A DNA stretch of 36,077 bases from a virus. Lineage: Duplodnaviria; Caudoviricetes. Shown in pieces: positions 25,088 through 33,899 of the stretch. The notes below the pieces were generated by a model. It did no database searches and was not told the DNA's origin. It worked only from the letters and a program-made list of their open reading frames with translations. The stretch's first letter is position 1; every line of letters begins with the position of its first letter. The position numbers and the translations under genes were made by a program. Location of the stretch: positions 1 to 36,077 of the IMG/VR virus record IMGVR_UViG_3300036841_000225, one strand, 5' to 3'.

Positions 25088-25957
25088 TCAAGCGCAGCGG
25101 TAAAAACCGCTGAAATGAAACACCAGATTGTTTCCTAAAGCGAAGTTGACATTCCCAGGCAGGTTCGCCTGGCCGCCGGAGGAGGTCACAAGCGCGATAA
25201 AGTTCGTTTGGGAGTTGCCGCTACCAACATTACCGCTGCCGTAAATCTGAGCATAAGGCCCTGTGAACAGCACGGGCAAGCTGAAATTGATTTGCCCCGA
25301 AGCGGTGCCGCTGAGATTCCCTTGAAAGCTCAAATGAAAGAAGAGGAGCGGGCCAATACGGATATATACATTGAGAAGATAACCCGTCCCGGTGAAAGTC
25401 ATCGGGCTTAACGCTGTTATGCTTGGAGTCCAAGTTTGCCAATTGGATCCGAAGCTGATACTTTGCGGGGCGGAAAATTGCGTCGCACCGCCTACCGTCA
25501 GCTTTCCACCCAGGCTCAGATCCGTATCGACATCGACGCTGGAAGCGAGGCGCAATCGGCCGGAAGCGGGCTGAATGAATTCTTCCTGTCCGGGCACGGC
25601 CGACAGGCGGATTAGCCGCGATGTATCTGCGCTGCGGACTTCTACAATCGACTTCGAACTGACCAGAGCGGGATTCTGCCCCGATTTCGTGTAAAGGCTG
25701 ATGGCGGCTGCATCACCGGCCGTGGCCGTGACGCCATTGCCTTCGATGCCCGTCAGATTGACTGGACCTTTGATCGAGAAGCCGCCGGCTGAGACATCGA
25801 TCGAGCCATTCGCGTTGATGACGAGGCTGCCGAGATTTTTCAGCGCATAACCGGCCGCGTCGACATCGCCGCCCCAGGTCTGCACGGCCGTGACGAGCGC
25901 GTTATATTGATTCGCCGTTGCCGTCTGGCCGGCAGTAACCGGACTAGGCCACGCCAT
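25088..25957 (-). CDS. Tail fibre / receptor-binding-like protein
   Basis: MAWPSPVTAGQTATANQYN N-terminus; WQTWTP..YIRIG..FSLPV..SGFYR C-terminal domain. Confidence 0.7.
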   Translation of the reverse strand: MAWPSPVTAGQTATANQYNALVTAVQTWGGDVDAAGYALKNLGSLVINANGSIDVSAGGFSIKGPVNLTGIEGNGVTATAGDAAAISLYTKSGQNPALVSSKSIVEVRSADTSRLIRLSAVPGQEEFIQPASGRLRLASSVDVDTDLSLGGKLTVGGATQFSAPQSISFGSNWQTWTPSITALSPMTFTGTGYLLNVYIRIGPLLFFHLSFQGNLSGTASGQINFSLPVLFTGPYAQIYGSGNVGSGNSQTNFIALVTSSGGQANLPGNVNFALGNNLVFHFSGFYRCA

Positions 25958-26210
25958 GTTCTTCCTCCAATGCCGTCAGATCGGCGGTCAAGACAAACTT
26001 TCCATCCGCCAGGCCCTGCTGGTCAGCGATCAATTGCAGACCGCCTTGCAAGGCGCTTTCCAGCTTCTCGATCGCCTGGCGATGGCGTAGGACGAAGGCG
26101 TACTCCTGCTCGGAGAACAGATAGCGCCGGCGCTCAACACTCTGCGCCTTCGCCACGCTGAGAAGCGCGGGCTCAACACTCTGCGCCTTCGCCTTGCGGT
26201 TCATCCCCAT
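25944..26210 (-). CDS. Small tail-associated hypothetical protein
   Basis: 88 aa; carries a 23-bp duplication (26132-26154 and 26171-26193) encoding AKAQSVE twice. Confidence 0.6.
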   Translation of the reverse strand: MGMNRKAKAQSVEPALLSVAKAQSVERRRYLFSEQEYAFVLRHRQAIEKLESALQGGLQLIADQQGLADGKFVLTADLTALEEEHGVA

Positions 26211-27097
26211 TGCACGTCATTCGGATTCACATTCAGTTCACTCGCCCAAGTGAACTGATTCCACAGGCCGCCCGTCGGGCACCAACCGGAATCGGTGGGC
26301 TTCACATGCAGCTCATCGGCCCAAGTGAAACTGTTCCATTGCTGGCACGGATGCGGGCTGAAGGGCAGCAGACATCCCGCCGGCGTATCCGCACGGAATG
26401 GCGGCAGTGTAATCGTTTGCGAATACACCCGGCCGCATAATTCGATCGAATCGAGATGGATGGTAAAGAGTAACTGCCCGCGCAAGGCCGGCGGGATCGG
26501 ATCGGCAAATTGCAGGCGAAAGCCCCACTCGCTGATTTGCGTCGGATACTTCTCGATCGCTGGCGTGGGCGCGATCCGCAGCCCGATCGCTTTCCACGCA
26601 CTGCTTTCGGGAACGACGGCCAAGCCTGACGTCCATTCGGTACCGTCCGCGTTATGCGCATAGGCCTGGACGGTCACTTGCGGCTTGAAGGTCGGTTGCC
26701 GATACGCGAGGTTCAGCCAGCCCCAGAACACGAGGCCGTGCATGTTCTCCGGCGCGGAAAACGATCGATAGATTTTCGCCGCATTTGCCGGGTCGCTCCA
26801 GTTCAACGCCCAGGACCCCATGCCGTAGGCCGATTGCGTTGAATCGATGCCCGCGCTCGTCAAACCGGCGAGAGACCAGGCGTCCAGATCGTTCGTTTCC
26901 TCGAATCCCCAGCTCGCGGTTTCCGGCCGGCACTCCCGGCCCGTAATCCGGACCTTGGAAAGATTGGTCAACCATGGTCCCGTGCCCGCCGTCCAGGCGG
27001 TAAATGATGCATTCGTGTTATAGGCCGCATCCAAGACAATCTGCGCCCGTGTCCAGCTATCGAGGCGCACGCCGTTGATGTAGATATCGAATTTCAA
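26201..27097 (-). CDS. Minor tail protein with a probable carbohydrate-binding-like domain
   Basis: Directly after the TMP; Trp-rich beta pattern; C-terminal WNxFTWAxEL repeat. Confidence 0.65.
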   Translation of the reverse strand: MKFDIYINGVRLDSWTRAQIVLDAAYNTNASFTAWTAGTGPWLTNLSKVRITGRECRPETASWGFEETNDLDAWSLAGLTSAGIDSTQSAYGMGSWALNWSDPANAAKIYRSFSAPENMHGLVFWGWLNLAYRQPTFKPQVTVQAYAHNADGTEWTSGLAVVPESSAWKAIGLRIAPTPAIEKYPTQISEWGFRLQFADPIPPALRGQLLFTIHLDSIELCGRVYSQTITLPPFRADTPAGCLLPFSPHPCQQWNSFTWADELHVKPTDSGWCPTGGLWNQFTWASELNVNPNDVQWG

Positions 27098-30018
27098 CGG
27101 ATCACGCCAGCCAATTGCAGCTGCCGCACGATTTCATTGGCGACTTGCTGTGTCGAGACGCCGGTTTGGACCGTCAACACGACATTTGGCCGCAAAGCGC
27201 CTTGTGAGAGTGCTGCGCGGACATCGGACATGACGGAAACCAAGGGCGACAAATCGATGCTCAGATTGCCCAATGAAATTGAGCTGAAAGAGGACTGGAT
27301 GGAGGAAATCGCGCTCTGGAAACTGTCGATGATGGGCTGAAGGTTGAAGCTGGGGGCTGCGCTAGCAAGGCCGCCCAAACCGGCCATGGTTCGCAGCGCC
27401 GGCATGATGTCGCGGTCGATACGGCCCACCACATCGAAACGAAAATCACGCAGGATGGGCATGATATCGCGGTCGATGCGACTCACGAGGCCGGCTACGC
27501 CGCTCACCAGGGTATCGAGTTTGCTGGCAAACGCGAAAACCCACTTTTCCATGAAATGGAAATACGCAATGCCCTCGATGGCCAAGCCATGGACATCGTA
27601 AAAGATCATGCCCGTCAGCTGCTGCGTGTTTTCCATGACCTTTGTCTGGCCTTTGAGCTGAAAATTGCTGATTACGCCGCTGATGGCGGAAACCGCGCCT
27701 GAAACCAGACTGACCGCCCCGCCGATGCCGGATAAGGCCCCGGCGGCACTGCTGCCTGTGCCAGTTCCCGTTTGCGTCCCCGTCTGCACAGTGGTGGATC
27801 CGCCGCCGCCGAAGAGCCCGCCAAGGCCACCCATGTTTTTGAAGAAATCCTGCAAGCCTTTCGTGCCATCCGTCACAAATTTCTGAACCGCCTGGAGACC
27901 GGTCTGCACGAATGTCTGCGTGAACATCTTGCCGATATCGGTCAACATCGATTTGGTGACTTCTCCGAAACTCTTGTCGCCCGACCAGAGCGTATCCGTG
28001 ATGTCCGAGGCTGCCTGCTTGATGGCGCGGTTCATGTTCTGCGCGCACTGCTGCCAGAGCTTGGACTGATCATCGGTCGCCTTCGCGGTATCGGTTGTGG
28101 TTTTGCCGAGGATCTGGTTATATTTGGCGGCTGATTTCTGAATCTCGTCCCCGGCCTGCGCGATGGCCTGGCGCTGCGTCTCGTTCATGGTGGCCCACTG
28201 CGTCTGCACGATCTGTACAATCTGATCCCAGGCGACTTTGTTGAGCCGCATGATTTCCTGCGTCGATGTGCCGGCGAGCGACACTTGCTTTTCCCAACCG
28301 GTTTTGACGTTGTAGACCATGTCATCGATGTCTTTGTCGGTCGCAAACTTGAGCGAATTCATGGCCTGCGTGACGCGATCGAGGCTCGAGACCGCATCCC
28401 GGCCCATCTGTTGAAAGACCTTATCGGCCTGTTCATACGTCGGGATAAAAGCCGCCACCGCCGCATTTACTTTTCGCTGTAAGTCGAGAAAGTCCTGCCA
28501 GTCTTTATAGAGCTTCGCGAAATCTCGGGCGTGCGTCGTGGCTAACTGGTCGATCGCCGCTGTTTGCCCCTGGATGGCCTGCGTTGTTTTCTGGGCGGCA
28601 TCATTGAGCGCTTTCTGTTTCGATACGCCCTCGCCGACACTATCGAAAAAGCCTTGTATGGCGGCCTTTTTGTCCTTGAATTGTTGGGCTAGGTCCGGCG
28701 AAAAGACTCCCTTGTTCGATTGTTCATTGACGCTATTGAGGCCAGCCCCGATCTTTCCAAACAGATAGCCGAAATCATCGCCCATATCGTGAAAGGTCTT
28801 TTTGATCTTGTCGGGCAGCAAATCAAAGAGCTTGACGAGAGCATCATGATGTTTCTTCCCCATCTGCTGTACCTTGTCATTGGCATCGTTCAATTGGCCG
28901 GTCAATTGGTCCGAAGCCACAGCGACCACGGCTAGCAGCGCTACGACTGAATCTTCGATAGCCTTACAGGCCTTCGCCCAGGTAGCCTGCCAATCGATGA
29001 CTTGCCGTCCATTCGCATCGAGTTTAGTTCCAAGAATGCCGAGCGCTTCTAGTATGCCCGCCAGTGTGGAATTCGCAGTCGTGCTTACGTTGTTGAACCC
29101 TAAGCCCAATTGGTCGAATAAGCTCTTAGCGGCACTGGTCAGAATGCCCGATTTCTGGAACCAATCGCCGAAAGCGGTCACCCATTTCAGCCCTTCGGTC
29201 ACCCAGGAGACCAGTTTTTCGAGCGAAGGACCCAGCAACTGGGTAATGGCTGTCGCCAGCGTCTCGATGCCCTTCCCGGCCGCTGCCTGAAAGGCTGCCT
29301 GCGCGTCCCCAACTGCCTTATTGATCGACTTGAACGCATCGGATGCGGCGAGCGCCTTGGTCCCGGTATTCAAGAGCCAGGTGCCTACCGTTTCGGCGAT
29401 CTGCATGCCGGCGAATCCCGTCGCGACGCCGCCGGCAACCGTGACCAGGCTGCCGAGACCCGGAATCAGAGAGCTGACGCGCGTTCCGAGATTCTGGAAG
29501 AACGAGCTGGCACTCGAGGCCGTTTGGCCAGCCTGCTGGATCGAGCCGGAAGCTTTCTGCAGATTCGTTGCACTCGCCGCCGTCGCTTCCGCCGCTTTCG
29601 CGGCCGAGCTGCCCAGCGTTTCGGCGCTCACGCTGGCCGTCTTCATCGCCGCGGCGCTCGATTCGGTGGCTTTCGCCGTGCTCGCGGCGGCATTGGAAAC
29701 CAACCCGAGTCCACTCCCGGCCGCGGTGGTGGACGCATTCAACGCCATCATGGCCGCCGTGGTGGAGCTGGTACCCTTGGCAGCGGCATCCATGCCCATG
29801 CCGGCCACCGCGCTCGTTTTCGCGATCTCCTGCATGGCGGCAGAGGTAGCGCCCGCCGCCTGCGTCACGCCGTCCATCGAGACGTTCGCCGTGCCCATGG
29901 ACTTCTGGACGCTCGCCATGGCGGCATCCGTGCCTTTCGTGATCGAGGCCAGAGCGGATGCGTACTGATCCGTCTTCAAGCCGAGAATGACGTTGATGAC
30001 TCGTTCCCAGGTTTCCAT
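27094..30018 (-). CDS. Tail tape measure protein
   Basis: 974 aa, Ala/Gly/Ser-rich and helical; the longest gene; follows the tail chaperones. Confidence 0.92.
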   Translation of the reverse strand: METWERVINVILGLKTDQYASALASITKGTDAAMASVQKSMGTANVSMDGVTQAAGATSAAMQEIAKTSAVAGMGMDAAAKGTSSTTAAMMALNASTTAAGSGLGLVSNAAASTAKATESSAAAMKTASVSAETLGSSAAKAAEATAASATNLQKASGSIQQAGQTASSASSFFQNLGTRVSSLIPGLGSLVTVAGGVATGFAGMQIAETVGTWLLNTGTKALAASDAFKSINKAVGDAQAAFQAAAGKGIETLATAITQLLGPSLEKLVSWVTEGLKWVTAFGDWFQKSGILTSAAKSLFDQLGLGFNNVSTTANSTLAGILEALGILGTKLDANGRQVIDWQATWAKACKAIEDSVVALLAVVAVASDQLTGQLNDANDKVQQMGKKHHDALVKLFDLLPDKIKKTFHDMGDDFGYLFGKIGAGLNSVNEQSNKGVFSPDLAQQFKDKKAAIQGFFDSVGEGVSKQKALNDAAQKTTQAIQGQTAAIDQLATTHARDFAKLYKDWQDFLDLQRKVNAAVAAFIPTYEQADKVFQQMGRDAVSSLDRVTQAMNSLKFATDKDIDDMVYNVKTGWEKQVSLAGTSTQEIMRLNKVAWDQIVQIVQTQWATMNETQRQAIAQAGDEIQKSAAKYNQILGKTTTDTAKATDDQSKLWQQCAQNMNRAIKQAASDITDTLWSGDKSFGEVTKSMLTDIGKMFTQTFVQTGLQAVQKFVTDGTKGLQDFFKNMGGLGGLFGGGGSTTVQTGTQTGTGTGSSAAGALSGIGGAVSLVSGAVSAISGVISNFQLKGQTKVMENTQQLTGMIFYDVHGLAIEGIAYFHFMEKWVFAFASKLDTLVSGVAGLVSRIDRDIMPILRDFRFDVVGRIDRDIMPALRTMAGLGGLASAAPSFNLQPIIDSFQSAISSIQSSFSSISLGNLSIDLSPLVSVMSDVRAALSQGALRPNVVLTVQTGVSTQQVANEIVRQLQLAGVIR

Positions 30019-30060
30019 ATTGGAGTCTTCGCCTCGCTCAAAATCGCGGGCTCATCTGCT

Positions 30061-30462
30061 TCAGCTATGGACCCGCATGCCGGGAATACCCTTCAGGAAG
30101 CGGTCGAGATCGCCCATGGTCGCGTATTCCGGCCGCCTGTGCGCGCCAGGCGCGCCCGGTTCGATCCACGCCTTCGCGCTAGGGGTGAAGTCCCGCAACG
30201 TCAAATCCGGCGCCTCAGAGTTCTTGTTTGCGTGATAGAACAGCAAGGTAATCTGCCCGATCACCGCTTCCCAGTGTTCATTCGAGCGACGCCAGAGTTC
30301 GACCATCTCGTAGAAGAGCCGCGGGGTGAGTTGCCAGAATTCCTCCTGCGGGACATGCAGGTGCAGGCGCGCGAATCCGACTAATTCGTACCAGTCAGTC
30401 GAGCCTGGCCGTTGACGGGCGCCGAGGGAATCGCGTCCGCCTCCGGCGCCGGCGTAGGGTTT
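30061..30462 (-). CDS. Tail assembly chaperone extension (gpT-like), reached by -1 frameshift
   Basis: No convincing independent start. Slippery A-AAC-CCT at 30462-30456; EEFWQLTP motif. Confidence 0.75.
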   Translation of the reverse strand, partial: KPYAGAGGGRDSLGARQRPGSTDWYELVGFARLHLHVPQEEFWQLTPRLFYEMVELWRRSNEHWEAVIGQITLLFYHANKNSEAPDLTLRDFTPSAKAWIEPGAPGAHRRPEYATMGDLDRFLKGIPGMRVHS

Positions 30463-30740
30463 GCCTGCTGCAGGTTCAGCGCTTCCTGGATGCACTCGTT
30501 GTAATACTCCGCATTCGCCATCTCGCAGAGCGAACGGACCTTTTCAAGCGTGAGATCGGGCTCGTCATGAACCAGGCCGGCATGCAACATAACAATCATC
30601 TGGCGCGTTTTGGGCAAATTGTCCTGATTCGCCTTCTCGATCACTTCGGCGGCTTCGAAGGTGTAGTAGAGATGCCGTTCCTTGCCGTCGGCGAGGAAGA
30701 TCGGAACGGGATCGATTTTCTTCGGTTGTCGTTGTGGCAT
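30381..30740 (-). CDS. Tail assembly chaperone (gpG-like)
   Basis: Between the major tail gene and the TMP; ..QQANPT.. spans the slippery site. Confidence 0.8.
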   Translation of the reverse strand: MPQRQPKKIDPVPIFLADGKERHLYYTFEAAEVIEKANQDNLPKTRQMIVMLHAGLVHDEPDLTLEKVRSLCEMANAEYYNECIQEALNLQQANPTPAPEADAIPSAPVNGQARLTGTN

Positions 30741-30743
30741 AGG

Positions 30744-31613
30744 TTAAGCCTGGATCGGAGAGCTTTGGACCGCATTGGCCAATGGCATGGAGGGAACGGG
30801 TCTTGTCGGGATCGGAGAGCCTGTCGGAGCGCCCAGGGTCGATCCGCCGAATTTCAAGGTCGCGGGCTTGCCTTCGGAAACCGGCATCACGTTCTGACCA
30901 TGTTCCACTGTCATCGCTCCATACTGCTTGATGGTCGCGACCAGTTTCATGACAGCGGTGCCCTGGAAATTCAGGGGCAGACCCGTCACCGACCCGGCAA
31001 ACGTGACGACAAGCTGCTTAGATGGATCGGTCAAATCGTAGTTGCACACCACCCGATAGGGCCGGATTTCTTTCGTCTGCGAGAGATGAATCAGACCCGT
31101 CGTTTCATCATGCGTGGGATCGTCCGGCCAGTAGTTGACCGTCAGGGTCACATCTCCCGGCGTGGTGAGACCAGGAATCTGCTGCACGATGCGGCTCGGA
31201 TTATTCAAATTCGTCACATCGAGCATGGCGGTCGACGGGGAAGCGATCGTCACGGATTCGACGTTGGAAATCTCCTGCCAGGTCGGCTCGCTCGAGCTAT
31301 CGGCACACGTGCCGAGATAGACATACGCCGGCACCGGCATGAAGCCCGGATAGGTGCCACCCGGCGCAATCTGTTCACAGATGCTCGCGCCGCCGGATGT
31401 GATCCCGACATTCGCACCCGTCGTATGCGCTGCCGCGGTCGTGCCCGCCTGCGCCCGGGTCACAGTGAGAATCGGGTCCCCTGCAATCGATGTCACTTTC
31501 ATTTTTTCCGCATCGATTTGCAAGATGTCGTTTGCTTTTACCGGATCATGCCCTGCATTTAAGGCGGCAGTGGTTGTAACTGCATCCATATCGGCTGTCA
31601 GTGTTGTGGCCAT
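30744..31613 (-). CDS. Major tail tube protein with an extra N-terminal domain
   Basis: LDVTNL..IPGLTTPGDVTLTVNY..FAGSVT tube motifs; residues 1-70 form a separate TVTRAQAGTTAAAH module. Confidence 0.85.
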   Translation of the reverse strand: MATTLTADMDAVTTTAALNAGHDPVKANDILQIDAEKMKVTSIAGDPILTVTRAQAGTTAAAHTTGANVGITSGGASICEQIAPGGTYPGFMPVPAYVYLGTCADSSSEPTWQEISNVESVTIASPSTAMLDVTNLNNPSRIVQQIPGLTTPGDVTLTVNYWPDDPTHDETTGLIHLSQTKEIRPYRVVCNYDLTDPSKQLVVTFAGSVTGLPLNFQGTAVMKLVATIKQYGAMTVEHGQNVMPVSEGKPATLKFGGSTLGAPTGSPIPTRPVPSMPLANAVQSSPIQA

Positions 31614-31634
31614 AGAAAACCCTTCCTTTCTGCG

Positions 31635-32057
31635 TTAAAAACCGAAGATCTGCACGGTCACCAAGGCCGCGCGAAGCTTGTCGTCTACCCGGCGGATGGA
31701 GGCCGCTGCGATAGCGGTCTGGAGTTGGCGCTTCAGACCACTGGCCCAACCCGTCACAATGAGGGGCCTGGCTTCGAACAGCGCAATCAGGCACGAGCCG
31801 ATCTCGCGCACCTGGCGGAATCCCTTTTCGCTCGCATCGTCGGTAGAAAGCGCCGTCAGGAGCTGCTGGATCGAGAGAGAGGAACTCTGCGAAATCATCC
31901 CATCGCGAACGGCATTCAGTTGATCGACGACGACATAGGGATACTGGGCGTCGTCGGGCACATAGTCATACACGCCCGAGACGCGGCTCATGAGCAGGCT
32001 TTCGTTGCGCATGCGTTCGACCAGGGCCACCTGGATATCGAAGAGATCCGGGCTCAT
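31635..32057 (-). CDS. Tail terminator (DUF3168/gp17-like)
   Basis: IQVALVERM..GVYDYVPDDAQYPYVVV. Confidence 0.8.
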   Translation of the reverse strand: MSPDLFDIQVALVERMRNESLLMSRVSGVYDYVPDDAQYPYVVVDQLNAVRDGMISQSSSLSIQQLLTALSTDDASEKGFRQVREIGSCLIALFEARPLIVTGWASGLKRQLQTAIAAASIRRVDDKLRAALVTVQIFGF

Positions 32058-32091
32058 TCTTTGCGTCTTCGCCTCGCTGGGAAGCGCGGGT

Positions 32092-32448
32092 TCATGCCGC
32101 CCTTCCACCGATGAGCGTGGCGAGGCGCGCGTAGAAATTTTCCATCGCGAGATCGACGGAGGGCCAGAAGTAGGGCCGCGGCCGCATATGCCGTGTTCCG
32201 TATTCGACAAAGCCCGCGTAATTCACGTTCACACCCACCCCGACCACGCCGCCTTGCGGTGGATTGTTGATCACCGCAATCGAAGCCCGCAACCGCCCGG
32301 TGCGAACGGGCGCGGCGCGCTGGGCACGCGCCTGGATGTCGAAAGCGGTGACGGTAAACTCACGGCGGATCCAGTCGGGCCAACCGCGCAGGTTGTCCCA
32401 GGTCGCCTTAATTTCGGGCAGCCCTTGTACTTGTACCGTTTCTTCCAC
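32092..32448 (-). CDS. HK97 gp10-like tail component
   Basis: APVRTGRLRASI..YAGFVEYGTRHMRPRPYFWP. Confidence 0.9.
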   Translation of the reverse strand: MEETVQVQGLPEIKATWDNLRGWPDWIRREFTVTAFDIQARAQRAAPVRTGRLRASIAVINNPPQGGVVGVGVNVNYAGFVEYGTRHMRPRPYFWPSVDLAMENFYARLATLIGGRAA

Positions 32449-32800
32449 GCGCGATTTGATCCGCCTGAATCGTGAATTGGGTCAAGCCCCAGACCACGCT
32501 GCGAATGTCCAGCAGATTCGGGCTGCCATCCGGATTCGCGTCGACGATTTCGGGCAATTCCACCCGGTTCTGATGCGTGATTCCCATGGGCGGCCGCCGG
32601 ATTTCGATTTTGTAGGTCGCCTCAATCGCCATCTGCTCGCCGGCATAGCGCTCCGGCAGCGCTTGCGGGGTAATTTTGGCCCAATCGCGATGAAATTCCG
32701 CCCAGGTTTCGACCTGACCGCCGGCGCCATCATCGACCGCCTGGCGCTGATAGAAAACCGCCGTATCACGCAACTCGGACGCTTCAAGGACGCTCGCCAA
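32408..32800 (-). CDS. Head-tail adaptor / head closure protein (SPP1 gp16-like)
   Basis: ELRD..DDGAGGQVETW..WAKI..ATYKIEIR. Confidence 0.85.
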   Translation of the reverse strand: MASVLEASELRDTAVFYQRQAVDDGAGGQVETWAEFHRDWAKITPQALPERYAGEQMAIEATYKIEIRRPPMGITHQNRVELPEIVDANPDGSPNLLDIRSVVWGLTQFTIQADQIARGRNGTSTRAARN

Positions 32801-33056
32801 ACCGCACCATCAGTTCTATTTGAATGGTCACGAGGGTCAGAATCGTCGCCACCGACCAGTGTGCGTTCTGCCAGGCGACGATCAAGAGAGCAGCCTCGCC
32901 GAGAATACGCATGGCTCCCGATAACGTGAGCAGCTTTCTTGGGTTCCCTTCGAAACGGCGTTTTCCTTCGCGGTAGGAGATCCTCCCGTCCGCAACGTCG
33001 CGCAGGGCTTGCACAGCAGCCCGTTCGTCTCCCGTTAACTGTCCCTTCAGAGCCAT
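32784..33056 (-). CDS. Hypothetical protein with C-terminal hydrophobic segments
   Basis: 90 aa inserted between the connector and adaptor genes. Confidence 0.55.
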   Translation of the reverse strand: MALKGQLTGDERAAVQALRDVADGRISYREGKRRFEGNPRKLLTLSGAMRILGEAALLIVAWQNAHWSVATILTLVTIQIELMVRFGERP

Positions 33057-33691
33057 TGCACGCGCAGCGGATACCAGAGCGTCCGCACCGTGGGCGGCAG
33101 ATTATTCACCACATTCTCGGGACTCGGATCCGAGGCCTCGCCGTCGCGGTGGTCATAGAGCCAGCTCGTCAATTGATAAATGCCCTGCAGCATGTTACCG
33201 GGCATGGGGTTCTCGATCTGGTCATAGCCCGCTTCAAACTGAATCCGGTAGTAGAAATGCGCCTGGCTTCCCTCCGCCAATCCGCCATCGCGGTAACTCA
33301 GATCAAAGGGCGTCAGGTTGCGGATAAAAGCATCATTGAGCGCCAGGCCGCTGGGGTAAAGATAGATGCGCGCGCCCAGGAGTTGATACGTTCCGGAAGC
33401 CATTTGGCTCCAGGTTCCATCGCTCGCTTGCAGCTCAAAGGCGAGGATTTTCGTCAGCGGCCAGCGTGGAACCTTCAAAATGCGCTCCTGCGCATCACAG
33501 TCGTAGAAGGCCTCGTAGGATTGGCGATAGGGAGGCCGCGAGGTATACCGCTCGCATGCAGCCACCGCCGCCGCGGCCTTATCGGTTAACAGCGTCGCGT
33601 CCGGCTGGCCGTTCACCCGCGCGTTCAGTTTCAGATCGTCCAGCGTCAGCGGGATCGCCGCCGGCGTCGTCACCTTCACGTCCTGGAGCAT
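33047..33691 (-). CDS. Head-tail connector protein (gp6-like)
   Basis: PLTLDDLKLNARV..AACERYTSR..FEAGY..WLYDHR. Confidence 0.88.
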   Translation of the reverse strand: MLQDVKVTTPAAIPLTLDDLKLNARVNGQPDATLLTDKAAAAVAACERYTSRPPYRQSYEAFYDCDAQERILKVPRWPLTKILAFELQASDGTWSQMASGTYQLLGARIYLYPSGLALNDAFIRNLTPFDLSYRDGGLAEGSQAHFYYRIQFEAGYDQIENPMPGNMLQGIYQLTSWLYDHRDGEASDPSPENVVNNLPPTVRTLWYPLRVQWL

Positions 33692-33806
33692 CGGGTTCCT
33701 TTTCGGGTTTCGGTTCGGGCTCGGGTTTTGGTTCGGGTTTGGGATCCGGCTTCGGCTGCTTTGTTTCGTGCGGCGCGTTTCCCTTGTTTGTGTAATCGGT
33801 TTTCAT
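33579..33806 (-). CDS. Small Pro/Glu/Lys-repeat protein
   Basis: AAAGGA RBS; (PKPE)n tract; overlaps the connector start, so its 3' extent is uncertain. Confidence 0.45.
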   Translation of the reverse strand: MKTDYTNKGNAPHETKQPKPDPKPEPKPEPEPKPEKEPDAPGREGDDAGGDPADAGRSETERAGERPAGRDAVNR

Positions 33807-33821
33807 GGCGTTCCTTTCCGA

Positions 33822-33883
33822 GAAAGAAGGGCGGAGCGAGATGGTTCGTTTTGGAGGTTTTTTCATACAGCTCCGCCCTCTTC
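33822..33883 (-). terminator. Stem-loop plus T-tract after the capsid gene
   Basis: 10-bp inverted repeat (33828-33837 and 33870-33879) with a 32-nt loop, followed by TCTTTCT on the minus strand. Confidence 0.5.
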
Positions 33884-33899
33884 GTCTATGCGACGTAAG

